This document shows positions 61,330 through 64,000 of a stretch of DNA of 64,000 nucleotides, piece by piece. A program made the position numbers and the translations under genes. Numbering within the stretch: position 1 is the first letter of the stretch; the number at the start of each line of letters is the position of its first letter. Source of the stretch: Octopus sinensis (lineage: Eukaryota); assembly GCF_006345805.1 (NCBI RefSeq), contig NC_043011.1:35476464-35540463 (forward strand), written 5' to 3'. Below the pieces are notes generated by a model, which was given only the letters and a program-made list of their open reading frames with translations, searched no databases and had not been told where the DNA came from.

Positions 61330-61714
61330 AATATATAAAGTGTATGTGTGGGTGTATGTGTGTATGTGTGTGTGTGTAAGTGTTTGTGTGTGTGTATGTG
61401 TGCATGTGTATGTGTGTGCATGCATTACTCTTTCAAAAATAGTTTAGATTTTTATATCTTGGAGACTATTTATACACACACATACATATATAACATATAT
61501 GCAACACACACACAACCACACTGTATATATATGTTAAATATACATACATAAATTTGTAAGATTAAGAGTGAATTTGTATGAAAGTGTGTGTGTGTGTAAT
61601 ATATATGTATATGCATACAGACTTACATAGAAACTCTAACACACATCACTCACATATATGCATACATATATATATACATATATGTATATATACACATGTA
61701 CATACATACACATG

Positions 61715-61756
<42 letters not shown>

Positions 61757-61910
61757 CACACATACACACACATGCATACATACACATACACATACATGTG
61801 TGTGAGTGTAAATGTATGTGTATACATTCAGATGTGTTCATACACGCACTCACACATTGTTCACTCCATATCAATGCAAACTCAATTTTTTTTGCAACTT
61901 TAGCATTTTA

Positions 61911-61956
<46 letters not shown>

Positions 61957-61957
61957 C

Positions 61958-61989
<32 letters not shown>

Positions 61990-62249
61990 TTATCTATCCA
62001 TTCACACAAACACATACACATGAAGTCACACACACACACACATCATTCTGTTTTTTTTTTTTCCTGCCAATATCAATGTCAGCTCAAATTTACACTCAAT
62101 ATTAATTCAATCAATAAAATAGTTAACTTTGAAATGCCTTGCCAAACTCTTGAATTCAGAGAATAGCAAGATGCTTGTATAGGTTAAAAAAATGACTTAC
62201 TAGAAGTGCTTAAAAGAATTCCATTGCATTATAGTTCTCTCAAGAAGAG

Positions 62250-62284
<35 letters not shown>

Positions 62285-62511
62285 ATATATATATATTATA
62301 TATATATATATATATGTATGTATATGTATGTATGTATGTATATATATATATATAGAGATAGATAGATGTATGTATATATATATGCATACATATATATATA
62401 TACACACACATATATATGTATGTATATATATACATACATACACACACATACATATATATAATATATATAATATATATATATGTATATATATTATATATAT
62501 ATATATATATA

Positions 62512-62544
<33 letters not shown>

Positions 62545-62554
62545 GAATGTATAC

Positions 62555-62611
<57 letters not shown>

Positions 62612-62650
62612 AATATATATATATGTATATATATATATACACACACAGAC
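61195..62650. repeat. Compound (TA)/(CA)/(CTAT) microsatellite blocks
   Basis: Direct reading. Confidence 0.88.
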
Positions 62651-63173
62651 GTACAACAATGAATTTCTAAAACATTTTGGATATAAAGTTTTTTACATCT
62701 TCATTTTTTAACATGATTTTTTTTTTTTATCACAATTTTCTTTACAAATTTGCCAGTAGAAGCTGAATAAAAAGTTAGACATACACATAAAACTATATAT
62801 ATAAAGACACTAAGGGCACATATATATTTTCACACACTCATATATATATATATATGGTCTTATAGTATCACACATCAGTAGTGGTCACAAGGTAGCTTGA
62901 TTTAAAAGAAAGAAGTCTGGCAATATCTCACAGTGCTATGTTATTCATTGAAATACATTTCTGAGTTACAGTTGACATTAACCTTAGTATTGTTCACTTT
63001 CTTTATATTAACTTAGTTTTAAATATGGAAAAATTCTATCTTACCTTAAAACTATTAAAAGATAATCTTATTAAAGATTGAAATTGTGCACACACCTTAC
63101 TATTCTAACAAACTTAAAAATACACAAGATCATCAAAAATTTTTAGATTTTTACATAAATAAATATATGTATC

Positions 63174-63215
<42 letters not shown>

Positions 63216-63734
63216 CACACACATATAGATGCATATAAACATACGTATTTATTCATGTACACATCTATGCATATGTGCTTTTGCTCACAATATTGTTTTG
63301 TATGATTTATTCTTATCTCCAGCACTGTAAGCATTAACTATGCTTATATTATAATCCCATAAGATTCTATGTAATCTAATTATTATTCATTATGATATTT
63401 AAGCATTCTACTTGATGCTTATCATAAAAAAAATAATTTGTGTTTGATTTTTCTTAAATGTCTGAAGATCAGCAATGAGATGCTTAGAAACTTGAACATT
63501 TTCATCTCCCAATAATTCATATCACTCTACATTCTGTATAGCATATCCTATTTTATTCATCTTATACACAGCTATATATATAGACACACACATGGAACTA
63601 ATAAAATCGTACTCTTTCTATTGTGCAAAGCCTGTATTCTTTTTACTCGATCAATGAATGGTCTCGATATCTTTTAAGAATCTTCTATCTGAAGTTGAAG
63701 TCAGAGCGTCATTCCTTTGTTGAAAATTTTGCAT

Positions 63735-64000
63735 GCTGTTTTGTGCCGGTGACACGTGAAAAAACATTCAAGCGAGGTCACTGCCAGTGCTGCTGGACTG
63801 GCTCCTGTGCAGATGATACATAAAAAACAGCATCTGATCATGGCCATTGCCAGTACCGACTGACTGGCCCTCGTGCAAGTGGCACGTAAAAGCGCCCACT
63901 ACACTCTTGGAGTGGTTGGCATTAGGAAGGGCATTCAGCTGTAGAAACTCTGCTAGATCAAGACTGGAGCCTGGTGCAGCCATCTAGTTCGCCAGACCTC
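63735..64000 (+). mobile_element. RTE 3' end (family C), running off the window
   Basis: Three degenerate modules then CCCACTACACTC...GGAAGGGCATTCAGCTGTAGAAAC. Confidence 0.88.

Noticed and set aside
63463-63505. CTGAAGA...GAAAC hammerhead-like string
   Set aside because: No G10.1-C11.1 pair, no NUH after helix III and no helix I complementarity

Overview
This is AT-rich eukaryotic DNA dominated by microsatellites and interspersed repeats. The repeat families (tRNA-headed SINEs, RTE and R4/Dong LINE pieces, mariner/maT, Penelope-like terminal repeats) suggest an octopus/coleoid cephalopod genome; that is inference, not tested. No intact multi-exon gene or intact autonomous transposon is visible. 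Nearly all ORF-track entries are translations of simple repeats or SINE bodies. Recognisable coding remnants: an RTE LINE 3' end, three R4/Dong fragments, a HERO-like C-terminus, a full-length dead DD34D mariner and an internally deleted DD37D maT. One plausible host terminal coding exon lies at 7651-7789 (+). Best lead: minimal type I hammerhead ribozyme motifs in at least two unrelated ~200-400 bp non-coding elements sitting at (TA)n tracts. One has a fully canonical core (37647-37681, minus strand), one has a palindromic helix-III loop (3713-3766), one is a point-mutated sister (34159-34193), and decayed remnants of a third family are also present. Other leads: a modular hairpin array in the RTE 3' UTR, SINE head/core/tail shuffling, several near-perfect hairpins and a ~500-bp foldback, a CpG-retaining domain at ~26-40 kb, and an ETS/GC-box promoter-like patch at 21.5 kb. 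Repeat boundaries were read by eye (about +/-10-20 bp unless TSDs are quoted), and all counts are manual.
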